DNA of 64,000 bases from a virus: the IMG/VR virus record IMGVR_UViG_3300010373_000002, positions 32,001 through 96,000 of that record; one strand, given 5' to 3'. The translations under genes and the position numbers were made by a program. The notes beneath the pieces are model-generated. The model had not been told where the DNA came from, did no database searches, and was given only the letters and a program-made list of their open reading frames with translations. Each line of letters begins with the position of its first letter. Positions within the stretch are counted from its first letter, which is position 1. Positions 27,342 to 36,920 of this stretch are shown here, piece after piece.

Positions 27342-29216
27342 ATGCCGCTCAGCGTCATATTTTGCGATGCCGGAGTCGCCGGTTCCTACTCGGTTCGGAT
27401 CAGGCAACTCTACGGCAGCCGTTTCTTTTTCGACTTCGGCGCACTCGCCTTTTCCGCCAGTCCCGGAACCCCGTCGCACGCCTTGACGGCGACCTCGGGA
27501 GCGATCGCGGGCGCGCTCGAATACTTCCTGGCCTTGACGCCGGTCAGCACTTGGATCGACGGCCAATACGCCGCCTATATAGATAACGGTTCCAACACGG
27601 TCGATATCGCCGGTTTCATTATGATCAACGGCGACTCGATTCCGTTAAGCCTCGCCCTGATTACCTCGTCGATCTTCGGAGCGACCGCCTCGTCGTTCAA
27701 TACCGGCGGCACGATGGGAGCCAAGATCAACGCGGCAGGATCGGCCGGAGACCCATTGGCGAACCCGACCACGACCTACTCGGCCGGCGGCACGGTCGGC
27801 AACCTGATCGTCACCAACCTCAACGAGTCGATCACGGCGGCGGCTTCCGCAGTCACTCTGGCGGCGGGACAAGTTCCGGCTCACTTCACCGCTTTGGCGA
27901 TCGACTTGGCATCGGGCGGCGTGACCGTCAAGACGAACAACGACAAGTCTAATTATGTCTTGGCGGCGGGACAAGTTCCCGGCAATTTCACGAGCCTTCA
28001 AATCGACGCTTCCACGGGCGGCGTCACGGTCAAAACCAATAACGACAAGACCGGCTACGCCTTGTCGGCGGGCGAGCATAACCAGATCGCCGTCGATGTC
28101 TTGGACGCTCCCGCTTTGACCCACGACATCAACCTTACGATCGGCGCGAAGATCAATCTCTCCGGTTCCGCCGTCGATCCGCTCGCCAACGCGCCTTCGG
28201 TGTACGCCGCTCCCGGCACGGTCGGTCATCAATTAGTGACCAACCTGGATGAGATGATCAGCGCCGCCGCCGCCTCGGCCACTCTGGCGGCCGGTCAAGT
28301 GCCGGCCAACTTCACCGCCTTGGCAATCGACTCGGGAACCGGCGGCGTGACGGTTCATGCGAACTCGGACAAAACCGGCTACGCCTTGACCACTTCGGAG
28401 CATACCGCCATCGCCGGGGACGTCTTGAACGCTCCGGCGGCGAGCTACGACACGAACTTGACGATCGGGGCCAAGATCAACCTTTCCGGTTCCGCCGTCG
28501 ATCCGCTCGCCAACGCCCTTTCGGTGTACGCGAATCCGGGAACGGTCGGCAACCTGATCGTGACCAACATCGACGAGAAGATCACTCATGCCGGAGACAG
28601 CGTGACTTTGGCTCCCGGTCAAGTTCCCGCCTTCTTCACCAGTCTCGCCATCAATCAACAGACCGGCGGCGTGAACGTCTTCGAGAACCTTGATAAATCC
28701 GGTTACGCCTTGACCTCGGCCGAACATCTCGCCGTTTCCTCGGACATCTTGAACGCGGTCGCTTCCACTTACGACGTCCCTTTTTCGATCGGAGCCAAGA
28801 TCAACGCTCTAGCGGTACTTGCCCCCGGCCAACTGCCGACCAACTTCTCGGCGATGGCGATCGACGCTTCCACGGGCGGCGTGACTGTTCACACGAACCA
28901 AGACAAGACCAACTACACCATTCTCGGCTCGTCGGGAACCGGCGGCATCTCGATCAATCACAACACGCCGACCACGGACAACCTTAGAGCGGTCAACACG
29001 GCCGGAGTCGGTATTCCCAACGTCCAAATCTTCGCCTTCCTGGCGAGCGATTACCAAGCCGGCAACATCGGCTCGGCGTTCCTGCAAGCGACGGCGGTCA
29101 CGGGACCGGACGGACGCTGGCTGAACACGATGATGCTCGCGCCGCAGACGTACACGTTCCTCTTCGGCGACCCCGGCGAATTCCAAACCGGCGCGAAAAC
29201 CTTAACGATCACATAA
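27342..29216 (+). CDS. repetitive fibre-like structural protein
   Basis: GAKIN repeat at 27714, 28140, 28464, 28788 (324 bp period); five GGV.V..N.DK..Y motifs. Confidence 0.85.
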   Translation: MPLSVIFCDAGVAGSYSVRIRQLYGSRFFFDFGALAFSASPGTPSHALTATSGAIAGALEYFLALTPVSTWIDGQYAAYIDNGSNTVDIAGFIMINGDSIPLSLALITSSIFGATASSFNTGGTMGAKINAAGSAGDPLANPTTTYSAGGTVGNLIVTNLNESITAAASAVTLAAGQVPAHFTALAIDLASGGVTVKTNNDKSNYVLAAGQVPGNFTSLQIDASTGGVTVKTNNDKTGYALSAGEHNQIAVDVLDAPALTHDINLTIGAKINLSGSAVDPLANAPSVYAAPGTVGHQLVTNLDEMISAAAASATLAAGQVPANFTALAIDSGTGGVTVHANSDKTGYALTTSEHTAIAGDVLNAPAASYDTNLTIGAKINLSGSAVDPLANALSVYANPGTVGNLIVTNIDEKITHAGDSVTLAPGQVPAFFTSLAINQQTGGVNVFENLDKSGYALTSAEHLAVSSDILNAVASTYDVPFSIGAKINALAVLAPGQLPTNFSAMAIDASTGGVTVHTNQDKTNYTILGSSGTGGISINHNTPTTDNLRAVNTAGVGIPNVQIFAFLASDYQAGNIGSAFLQATAVTGPDGRWLNTMMLAPQTYTFLFGDPGEFQTGAKTLTIT

Positions 29217-29226
29217 GGAGTTTTAC

Positions 29227-30207
29227 ATGCCGGTCGTCTTAAATCCGATCACGGAAAACGACAATTCGCTGATCACCTTGAGCCAGTTGACGACGGCGAT
29301 TCCCAACCTGTCGGCGGCCCAACTGGCGGATGCCCCTGCGGCCATCGTCGCCGCGTCGATCGCCATCAATCAGTGGACTAAAAATATCTTCGTTTTGACC
29401 GATTACGACGAGATTTATAGTCCGTCCGTGACCGACGGACGACTGATCCTCAAACACTTTCCCGTCAACACGGTCTACCGGGTCTCCTCGGGGAAGACGC
29501 AAGCCGCCGCCGTCTTCAACTTCGCGACCACGCTCAACCAGCGAGCCTACATGGCGTTCTCCTACACCGGCGACGTCGCCTCGGGTCTCACGTATACCGG
29601 CCTCAACCTCACGCGAGTCTCCTCGGCGGTTTCGACGACGGTCAACCTCTTATTTTCAACTTACTTGACCATTCAATCTTTGGTCGATGCGATCAATGCC
29701 CTTGGAAGCGGCTGGGACGCCACGGTAACAACCGGCATGGGTCAGTGGCCCACCACCGAGCTAACCGGCGGCGAAGCGTCTCAGGGATGTATGGGAGGCA
29801 CTGGGGCGTGTCTGGCCGTGTTCGCTCAAGACATCGCCTACACGTCGCTTGATCAGCCGACCGGCGTCATCAACATCGTCTATCCCCAGTTCACCAACTT
29901 CCTTTATCAGAACTCGGGATCGCTGATCGAGTATTTCGACGGCGAGTTGCCAGGCCAAGGCGTCATCCCTTCGTTGTCTCCCAGGCAGGTTCGAGTCGCC
30001 TACAACTCGGGATACGCGACGATTCCCGCCGACGTTCAAAGGGCGTGCATTTTAGCGGTGAACAACATCCTCAACTTCAGTCAACAAGATATCACGCTTC
30101 TGAAAGAGGATGTGCGAAATCATAAGATCGAGTTCAACACAAAAGGCATGATCCTCACGAAAACCGTTAAGCAAATCCTCTCGCCTTACAAAGACTGGAG
30201 GGTTTGA
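29227..30207 (+). CDS. head-tail connector (adaptor) with inserted domain
   Basis: LITL..AASIAI..LKHFPV..VRVAYNSGYATIPADVQRAC..ILSPYK. Confidence 0.8.
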   Translation: MPVVLNPITENDNSLITLSQLTTAIPNLSAAQLADAPAAIVAASIAINQWTKNIFVLTDYDEIYSPSVTDGRLILKHFPVNTVYRVSSGKTQAAAVFNFATTLNQRAYMAFSYTGDVASGLTYTGLNLTRVSSAVSTTVNLLFSTYLTIQSLVDAINALGSGWDATVTTGMGQWPTTELTGGEASQGCMGGTGACLAVFAQDIAYTSLDQPTGVINIVYPQFTNFLYQNSGSLIEYFDGELPGQGVIPSLSPRQVRVAYNSGYATIPADVQRACILAVNNILNFSQQDITLLKEDVRNHKIEFNTKGMILTKTVKQILSPYKDWRV

Positions 30208-30554
30208 TGCGAGCCGTTTCCAACCGGATGACGCCGAACACGACGACGGTCTCTCCCTTCATCAACATCAACCAAGACGTCTCCGGCGGCAAAAACTACG
30301 AGTTCGGCGACGCGGGACCGCCGCTCAAGTGCTCGGTCCAACCGAAGTACGCGGTACGCATGGACGAGTTAGGCCGTGAAAACTTAGTCGTTTATTACGA
30401 CATCATCTACCCGCTCGATCCGGGGATCAGGCCCCGCGACCAAATCAACTGGGTCGATAAGGGCAAGACTTTGTGGTGCGACGGCTCGATCGACGACTGC
30501 GGCATCGACAACGTGTGGCTGGTCACGGCGACGGAGCGGCCGATCTTGTCATAA
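30204..30554 (+). CDS. head closure (stopper) protein
   Basis: size, synteny, LKCSVQP..GIRPRDQI. Confidence 0.7.
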   Translation: MMRAVSNRMTPNTTTVSPFININQDVSGGKNYEFGDAGPPLKCSVQPKYAVRMDELGRENLVVYYDIIYPLDPGIRPRDQINWVDKGKTLWCDGSIDDCGIDNVWLVTATERPILS

Positions 30555-30564
30555 GGAAACATAA

Positions 30565-31008
30565 GTGGCAACGAAATGGCAATGGTCCGGCGACTCGCTT
30601 GAGAAAAAGATCAAGGCGCGGATCGCCGCCAACATGGCGATCGCCGGGAAACTGGTCAAAGAGAACGCTCGGAGATTGGTTTCGACAAAAGGCTACCGCA
30701 TCGTCCGAGCCGTGATCAACGTCGGCGGCGTCAGAAAAACCCGATCCCATCGCCATCTCGGCGTCACGACCTCGCGTCCCGGCCAATCGCCGTTCAAGCA
30801 GACCGGCGACCTCCAAAATGCGATCGAATACAAGGTCGATAAGGACCAATTGATTCTCAAAGTCGGCACGAACGTCGATGCCGACGTTTATGGATACGCC
30901 CGAGCCTTGGAAGACGGGACCGCGAAGATGTTGCCGCGTCCTTGGCTCAAGAAAGCCTTCCTCGAAAAAGAAACCGAAGTCGTCAAGATCATCACCAACC
31001 TCTCCTGA
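30565..31008 (+). CDS. HK97 gp10-like neck/tail completion protein
   Basis: SRPGQSP..QTGDLQNAI..VGTN..YARALEDGTAKMLPRPWL. Confidence 0.88.
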   Translation: MATKWQWSGDSLEKKIKARIAANMAIAGKLVKENARRLVSTKGYRIVRAVINVGGVRKTRSHRHLGVTTSRPGQSPFKQTGDLQNAIEYKVDKDQLILKVGTNVDADVYGYARALEDGTAKMLPRPWLKKAFLEKETEVVKIITNLS

Positions 31009-31051
31009 TTTCAAATCTCTATTAGTTCATTTTTCACAAGGAACGACCTTC

Positions 31052-31516
31052 ATGGCCGCCATCGACCTTTTCGTCAATTTGCCGTCCACCCCCCTGAGTG
31101 CCGGCGTTGCCAAAACCTCTTTGCAGATTACCGCGCCGACCAATCAGCGCTTGAAAGTCAAAGAATACGGCTTGTTCTTCGACGGGACCGTTTCGAACGC
31201 CTCTCCGGTCGAAATCAAGATCGCTCGCCAATCGAGTCCGGGCGTTTCTTTGGTGTCGGCGACCCCGGCCCCCAACGAGCAAGAGTTGACCGAATCGGTG
31301 CAATCGACCGCATTGACCGGCTCGCTCACCACTCAAACGGAACCGACCACCGGCTCCATTCTTGAGACGTTTACCTGTCCCGCGTTCCAAGGCCAGTACC
31401 AATACGTCGCCACGCCGGGCCAAGAGATCATCGTCAAGGGCGGTCAGTCGCTCGGCTTCATCTGTAACTCGCCTTCCGCCATCAACGTGCGCGGCTTCGT
31501 GAAATACGAAGAGTGA
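31052..31516 (+). CDS. hypothetical virion protein
   Basis: AAGGA RBS; beta-rich, ends VKYEE. Confidence 0.75.
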   Translation: MAAIDLFVNLPSTPLSAGVAKTSLQITAPTNQRLKVKEYGLFFDGTVSNASPVEIKIARQSSPGVSLVSATPAPNEQELTESVQSTALTGSLTTQTEPTTGSILETFTCPAFQGQYQYVATPGQEIIVKGGQSLGFICNSPSAINVRGFVKYEE

Positions 31517-31567
31517 TCCACATAGACGACCCCGTTTTTCATAATCTTATCATAAAGGGGTCGATCT

Positions 31568-32593
31568 ATGCCCAATATCATTAAACGCCGTTCCGTTTTG
31601 ACGAACAATCCTAGCGACCCGAGCACGGCTCCGGTTCCCAGCGATCTATTGATCGTCAACAAGAGGCAGATTCCTCGCCGCAGGCCGACCGAGTTATTGG
31701 AAAGCCCCGGCGAGGATTTAACCTTGCTCCGGCGGATCGGCATAGAGTTTCCGCACGCCAGGGGAGCGGTCGCCAAAAAGGGAAACGTCTTCTTGGATCA
31801 TCCCTTTGTGGTGATCAAGCAAGATTTATTTGTCGAATTCAACATGGCTCGGGCGGCGTCTCGTTACGTCGCCAAAAAAGGTTCGGTCTTCATGGCCGAT
31901 CCTTTGATTCAAGCGATTCCGCCGCCTCCCAACCCGCAGCTTGCCGTCTTCAACGCGGGATATAAAGCCGCTCGCTTGGCTCGATTTGATCAGGGTAAGG
32001 CGTTCGCCGAAAGTCCGGTATTGCAAGCGGTCGGTCCAGGCGACTTTCCGGTTTCCTCCGTCTTTCGAGCCGGATACGACGCCGGCAGATTCGCCCGATT
32101 CGATCGGGGCAAGGCGTCCTCGGCGAGTCCGCTCCTTAGGTTGATCCTGCCTCCCCTGGACCTCTTGGAAGCGACGATCTCCTACCTCCAAGGTCAAACC
32201 AGTCTCAACGCCTTATTCGGCCCTCCGCCGTGGATTTGGGACGTCGCGCCGATGGGGCAGCAATTCCCCTTCGTCCGCTTGGTCGATGTCAACGAATCGC
32301 CCTATTACTATGCTTCCTCCGGGACCGAAACCGGCAACGAAATCGACCGCAACCACTTCCAAATCTCCGTGTTCACCCTCGGCTCGAAACTGCAAGCGAT
32401 TCAACTCGCCAACGCGATTCGTTCCGTACTCAACGACGCGCCGCTCAACTTCCAAACCGGCACGCTGCTCATGATCCGCTGCTCGTCGCGAGCGGTGGCG
32501 ACCTTAGACCCCGATCCAGGTCCGGGCGGCCAAAACGTCTGGCATTCCACGCTCATGTTCGTCGCCGACGTCCATCGGCAACTCCCGACTTAA
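31568..32593 (+). CDS. tail terminator-like protein with repetitive N-terminal extension
   Basis: C-term DVAP..FPFV..FQISVF..A..LANAIRSVL; four ~37-40 aa N-terminal repeats. Confidence 0.65.
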   Translation: MPNIIKRRSVLTNNPSDPSTAPVPSDLLIVNKRQIPRRRPTELLESPGEDLTLLRRIGIEFPHARGAVAKKGNVFLDHPFVVIKQDLFVEFNMARAASRYVAKKGSVFMADPLIQAIPPPPNPQLAVFNAGYKAARLARFDQGKAFAESPVLQAVGPGDFPVSSVFRAGYDAGRFARFDRGKASSASPLLRLILPPLDLLEATISYLQGQTSLNALFGPPPWIWDVAPMGQQFPFVRLVDVNESPYYYASSGTETGNEIDRNHFQISVFTLGSKLQAIQLANAIRSVLNDAPLNFQTGTLLMIRCSSRAVATLDPDPGPGGQNVWHSTLMFVADVHRQLPT

Positions 32594-32621
32594 TCATCAT
32601 TTCTATCAAAAGAGGCTCATT

Positions 32622-33137
32622 ATGGGTGCTGTCGTCAGCGGCTCGTGCGCGTCCAATGCGCAAGCGACGCAAATTCCCGCCAATCCCAACCTGCCCGCGT
32701 ATGCCATCTCGCCGATCGTCTACACGTCATCATTCGGCAACGGCACGCTCGCCGACCAGATCGACTTCGTGTTCTACACGACGCTCTCTCTGGTCGCTTC
32801 GACGCCGCAGACGATCACCGTCAACAGTCCCGGCAGCGACATCCTGGGAAACACCGTCACCTTTACGAAGATTCGCCGCCTGAGGATTCGCAACAACGCG
32901 AACGCGGACGGCAAGATCGTCACCATCTCGCCGGGAGCCTCGAACCCGTGGCTGGCGATCATGGGCACTTCCACTTCGACCGTGATCATCCAGCCGAGCA
33001 CGGCCAACAACTCGGGATGGGTCGAGTTCGTCTCGCCGAACACGTCCGGCTACGCGACCAGCGGAACCAGCACCAGCCTCAAGCTCGATCCCGGCACGAA
33101 CACGATGACCGTGGACATCGAAATTTGGGGTATCTAA
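32622..33137 (+). CDS. hypothetical virion protein
   Basis: D.LGNTVTFTKIR..I.N motif; synteny in tail cluster. Confidence 0.75.
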   Translation: MGAVVSGSCASNAQATQIPANPNLPAYAISPIVYTSSFGNGTLADQIDFVFYTTLSLVASTPQTITVNSPGSDILGNTVTFTKIRRLRIRNNANADGKIVTISPGASNPWLAIMGTSTSTVIIQPSTANNSGWVEFVSPNTSGYATSGTSTSLKLDPGTNTMTVDIEIWGI

Positions 33138-33162
33138 TTTTCATATCTAGGAGATTTTCTCG

Positions 33163-33576
33163 ATGACTCCCCAGAATGCTCGCGCCGCGTTCGTCACGTT
33201 CGGCGGGGTTTCCTTGCCCATCACCAAATGGGACGTTGACTCGCAAAGAGTGTTGACGGACACGACCAGTTCGGTCAATTACGATCCCACTTCCGACCTT
33301 GTTTGGTCCGCCCAATTGCCGGCGGCGGTCCACATGGCGGGCACGGTCGAAGTGATTTTGGATATCGCCACTTACGTCAGCCGATTTTCCGCCGACGTCT
33401 TCACTTCGGCCGGTGCGGTCGCCATGATTTTCGGCATCGACGCGACCCACACTTATTGTCACGGCAATTTCGACATTTCCGACTTCAAAAGCGGGGCGAC
33501 GGTCGGCCCTCAGCCGGACACGATTAAAGCGACGTTTTCGTTCAAGTCGAACGGCGTCGTCACCTTTGGTTCTTGA
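33163..33576 (+). CDS. putative tail tube protein
   Basis: AGGAG RBS; ITKWDV..DTT..GTV..FSFKSNG; followed by hairpin, then tape measure. Confidence 0.7.
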   Translation: MTPQNARAAFVTFGGVSLPITKWDVDSQRVLTDTTSSVNYDPTSDLVWSAQLPAAVHMAGTVEVILDIATYVSRFSADVFTSAGAVAMIFGIDATHTYCHGNFDISDFKSGATVGPQPDTIKATFSFKSNGVVTFGS

Positions 33577-33580
33577 TCTT

Positions 33581-33613
33581 ATGCGGAGCGGTTCATATCG
33601 GGCCGCTCCGCAT
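33581..33613 (+). terminator. hairpin/terminator after tail tube gene
   Basis: ATGCGGAGCGG-loop-CCGCTCCGCAT. Confidence 0.65.
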
Positions 33614-33635
33614 TCTAGTATCGCGAGGATAAGCT

Positions 33636-36600
33636 ATGGCCTCTAGCACGCTCGGATCAGTCGGTTCGGCCACGGTCGAAATCCTCGGCGATATTGCGCC
33701 TTTACAGGCGGCTCTGGCGACGGGAAAGGCGAACATTCAAAACTTCGCCAAGGAAGTAAATTCCGGCGGAAAACTCGCTCCGTTCAAGTCCGTCATTCAG
33801 GAACTCAAAGAGTTGTCCGCGAGTTCCAAGCAGATTCGGCAAGACTTCAAGAACGCTCAAGTGAGTTCGGCGGCCTTTGAGCTTTCTAATTCTAATCTAA
33901 GTTCAAGTTTAGATGTTCTATTCGAAAAGATTCATGCCGCCGCCACCGAATCCCAAAAGCTCGGGGCTTCCGAGGAGTCCGCGAATCTAGCGAGAAGTCG
34001 ATCGCTGGACATGCTTCATTCCCTGGAAAATAAAGTAACCGCGAACCGAAAGATATTAAGAGACAAAGACTCGTCCGAAACAGCTAAAGCATTCAAAGAA
34101 AAACAGAGGATTGCCGAGGAATCTTCTCAAAGGCTTTTGGATTATTCGAAAAGAGAGAGTAAATCTCGAAGCGAAGCGGCGAAAGAATTGGAGAGGATCG
34201 CTAAAAACAACGCAAGCAAAATCTCTTCTGCTTATAAAGAATCCGAGATCGAATCCGGCAAAACGGAAAAAGACTCCATCAAAGAGAAACAGAGGCTCGC
34301 CGACGAAGCCTCAAAAAGAATGATGGAGGGGTATGCTAGGCAAAACAAAGCAAGAAAAGACACAGAAGAAGAAGCGGCTCGGATTGTCGAGAACAATTCA
34401 AAGAAGATGCTTCAAGCCGAAAAAACTTCGGCGAAAGAAAGAGTGAGGACGGCAAAGGAGAGTGCGAAGGAAGAGAAGCGAGTTCGTATTGCGGCATTCG
34501 AAGAGATTACAAATAAAATTGTCGATCTTGAGCGTAAAACGGCTATTGCCGAAAGGAAGTTTACTTCCGGGAGCACGCCGACCAAAGAGTTTGCGAAACA
34601 GACTCAGGAATTAAAGATAGCGTCGTCGAGACTCTATAAGCCCCTAGAAGACGCCGCGCTAGCCGCTCGCGATCTCGGGGTATCCTCCGAGTTCGCCGAC
34701 AAGAAACTTGGCGACCTCAAATTCCGCCTTGATAAAATCAACGCGGGAATGCACAACGTCGCCAACACGACCAAGAACCGCCTCGGCCAAGGGATGCTTC
34801 AGGCCGCCTATGCCATCGACGACTTGCAGTACGGCTTTAGGGCGATCGTCAACAACATCCCCGGCGTCGTCATGTCGTTGGGCGGAGGAGCGGGCGTCGC
34901 GGGTGCGCTCGGAATCTTGGCGGTCGCGACCAACCTGGCGATTAACAATTGGGATAAGTTGATCGAAACCGGATTCCGCTGGGAGAACATCTCCGACGCG
35001 ATCGGCAAAAAGTTCAAAGAAGTCGGCGACGGAATCGCGCATATGTTTGACCGTCAAGTCAACATCAAGTCTAAACTTGAGGAACTTGAGGAGACCGTCA
35101 AAAAGTTGACGGACAAAAAACATAAAGTCGTCTTTGAACTTGATCTCTTGGATCAGGCCACCAAAAAACTAGAAGAATTCAAGAGCGCCGTCGATGAGTA
35201 CAAGTCTCTCGTCAACAAACCTTCGTCTCTCCAAGAGGCACGCGGAAAAATCATTAAGGAAGGTCTCGACGAAGAGAGCGACGAGGAGAGAACCGGCGCG
35301 GAGAAACTTGAAGACTCAATCCGCCGATATTTGACCGCGCATCCCGAAGAAATGAAAGACGAAGAGAAGTACGTCGAGAAGAAAAAGAAAGCCGACGAGA
35401 CCGAAAAGAAGCTCCGGGGAACCCAAGAAGCCTACCGCCAAGCGAACGAAGAAGCCGGAGCGGACATTTACAGCGACAAGTTTATCGAGTCTAAAACAAA
35501 GCAGATAAAAGAAGACTTGGATTTCCAGAGAAAAGAAGAATCCGAACAACTCAAACTGAGCACAAAAAACCGTAGCGAATTCCTCGCAGGGAGTCTCGCC
35601 AAAGGAAGCGCCGCGTCCTTGGCCGAAGTACGGGCGATGACCGACGCGGAACCGGGAGTATTCAAGGAAAACCTCTCTCCCGACTTCATTAAGTCTCTAG
35701 GCCAAGCCGGAGCCGCCGCCAAAAAGTTCAAGGAAGACAAGGCCATTGAAAAAGAAAAGAAGAAGAACAAGCCGATCGTCAAGGAATTCGAGGACAAGTA
35801 CAAAGAAGCCTTCCAAGACGTCCCCATGATGATCCATAGGGACGTTCCCCGAGCCGAAATCGTCAAGACGATCGAAGGCAGGTTGGCGGCGTCGGGCGTA
35901 AATCCTAAATCGGTTCCCATTATGGCTCAGTTGGCGTTCAAGCAAGAGAGCGACCAATATACCGCAGCGGTCGCCAAAGACAAGACGGCCGCCGGAATGG
36001 GAGGAACTCCGGGAGAGGTCGATAAGGTGGTCTTCGGGCCGATCGCCAAAGACGTAAAATCGCTCGATAAAATCACCGACATGATTCCCGGTATGATCGC
36101 TAAAGGTCTTACCAAGGAAACGATCGAATCGGTTGTCGGTGGCTTGATTAGCAACACGGGGATTTCCAAGGCGAACGCCGGTCCTCTCGCCGCCAGAGCG
36201 TTCCTTCGTGGTCAAGCGAAATTGAATGCGGCGAAAGACGCCGACAATCTCGCTATGTTCAGCGGTAAAAAAGCTACCAAAGTTCAGTCTCTTTTGGGCA
36301 ATCCCGGCGCGAAAGCCGATAGGGAACTCAAGCACGACATCTCCGCCCTCAATCGCCAATACGGCAAAAACTTGGGCAGAAAGATCGCCCTTGAGCAAGA
36401 GAAGTCGGCGAGAAATAAAGAGTCGAATGACAGGCTCAAGAGGCAGATATCCGGGAAAGATAAAACCCAAAAAAGGATCGCCGAAAACGTCCTTAGAAAA
36501 CAACACGGATTCCTCCCCGAACTCTCCGCCGACGACATCCGAAGGAACTTGACCGGGGAACTCGCCGCCGGACTCGAAGGGGAACCCGGCGTCGATAAGG

Positions 36601-36908
36601 GTACTGAGTCCGCGATTGCCTCCGGCATCTACGACCGTGCCTTCGGCGACTTGGAGCATGGGAAAAAAGCCAAGTCTCTCGGCGGTCTGAAGCCTACGAA
36701 GCAAGTCAAGCCTCACCACGTCAAAACGAAAAACACCCCGGCAAGATTCGGCAAGCCCGGTAAAGCGCCTGCGGTTCCTCACGCTCCCGCGATGAACGTC
36801 TCCATGCTTGATAAATTAAATAAGGAAGTCATGAAGACAAATAAACTCCTTAGGGATGTCGTCGCGAACACCGGGAAAAACACGGTCGGCGTGGCCGCGT
36901 TCGTTTGA
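33636..36908 (+). CDS. tape measure protein
   Basis: 1090-aa helical protein; N-term VGSATVEILGD; DDLQYG..AIVNNIP followed by G/A-rich hydrophobic segment. Confidence 0.8.
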   Translation: MASSTLGSVGSATVEILGDIAPLQAALATGKANIQNFAKEVNSGGKLAPFKSVIQELKELSASSKQIRQDFKNAQVSSAAFELSNSNLSSSLDVLFEKIHAAATESQKLGASEESANLARSRSLDMLHSLENKVTANRKILRDKDSSETAKAFKEKQRIAEESSQRLLDYSKRESKSRSEAAKELERIAKNNASKISSAYKESEIESGKTEKDSIKEKQRLADEASKRMMEGYARQNKARKDTEEEAARIVENNSKKMLQAEKTSAKERVRTAKESAKEEKRVRIAAFEEITNKIVDLERKTAIAERKFTSGSTPTKEFAKQTQELKIASSRLYKPLEDAALAARDLGVSSEFADKKLGDLKFRLDKINAGMHNVANTTKNRLGQGMLQAAYAIDDLQYGFRAIVNNIPGVVMSLGGGAGVAGALGILAVATNLAINNWDKLIETGFRWENISDAIGKKFKEVGDGIAHMFDRQVNIKSKLEELEETVKKLTDKKHKVVFELDLLDQATKKLEEFKSAVDEYKSLVNKPSSLQEARGKIIKEGLDEESDEERTGAEKLEDSIRRYLTAHPEEMKDEEKYVEKKKKADETEKKLRGTQEAYRQANEEAGADIYSDKFIESKTKQIKEDLDFQRKEESEQLKLSTKNRSEFLAGSLAKGSAASLAEVRAMTDAEPGVFKENLSPDFIKSLGQAGAAAKKFKEDKAIEKEKKKNKPIVKEFEDKYKEAFQDVPMMIHRDVPRAEIVKTIEGRLAASGVNPKSVPIMAQLAFKQESDQYTAAVAKDKTAAGMGGTPGEVDKVVFGPIAKDVKSLDKITDMIPGMIAKGLTKETIESVVGGLISNTGISKANAGPLAARAFLRGQAKLNAAKDADNLAMFSGKKATKVQSLLGNPGAKADRELKHDISALNRQYGKNLGRKIALEQEKSARNKESNDRLKRQISGKDKTQKRIAENVLRKQHGFLPELSADDIRRNLTGELAAGLEGEPGVDKGTESAIASGIYDRAFGDLEHGKKAKSLGGLKPTKQVKPHHVKTKNTPARFGKPGKAPAVPHAPAMNVSMLDKLNKEVMKTNKLLRDVVANTGKNTVGVAAFV

Positions 36909-36920
36909 AAGTAAAACATT

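Noticed and set aside
27342-29216. Diversity-generating retroelement TR/VR pair
   Set aside because: Repeats are in-frame and intragenic, differences are not adenine-specific, and there is no reverse transcriptase
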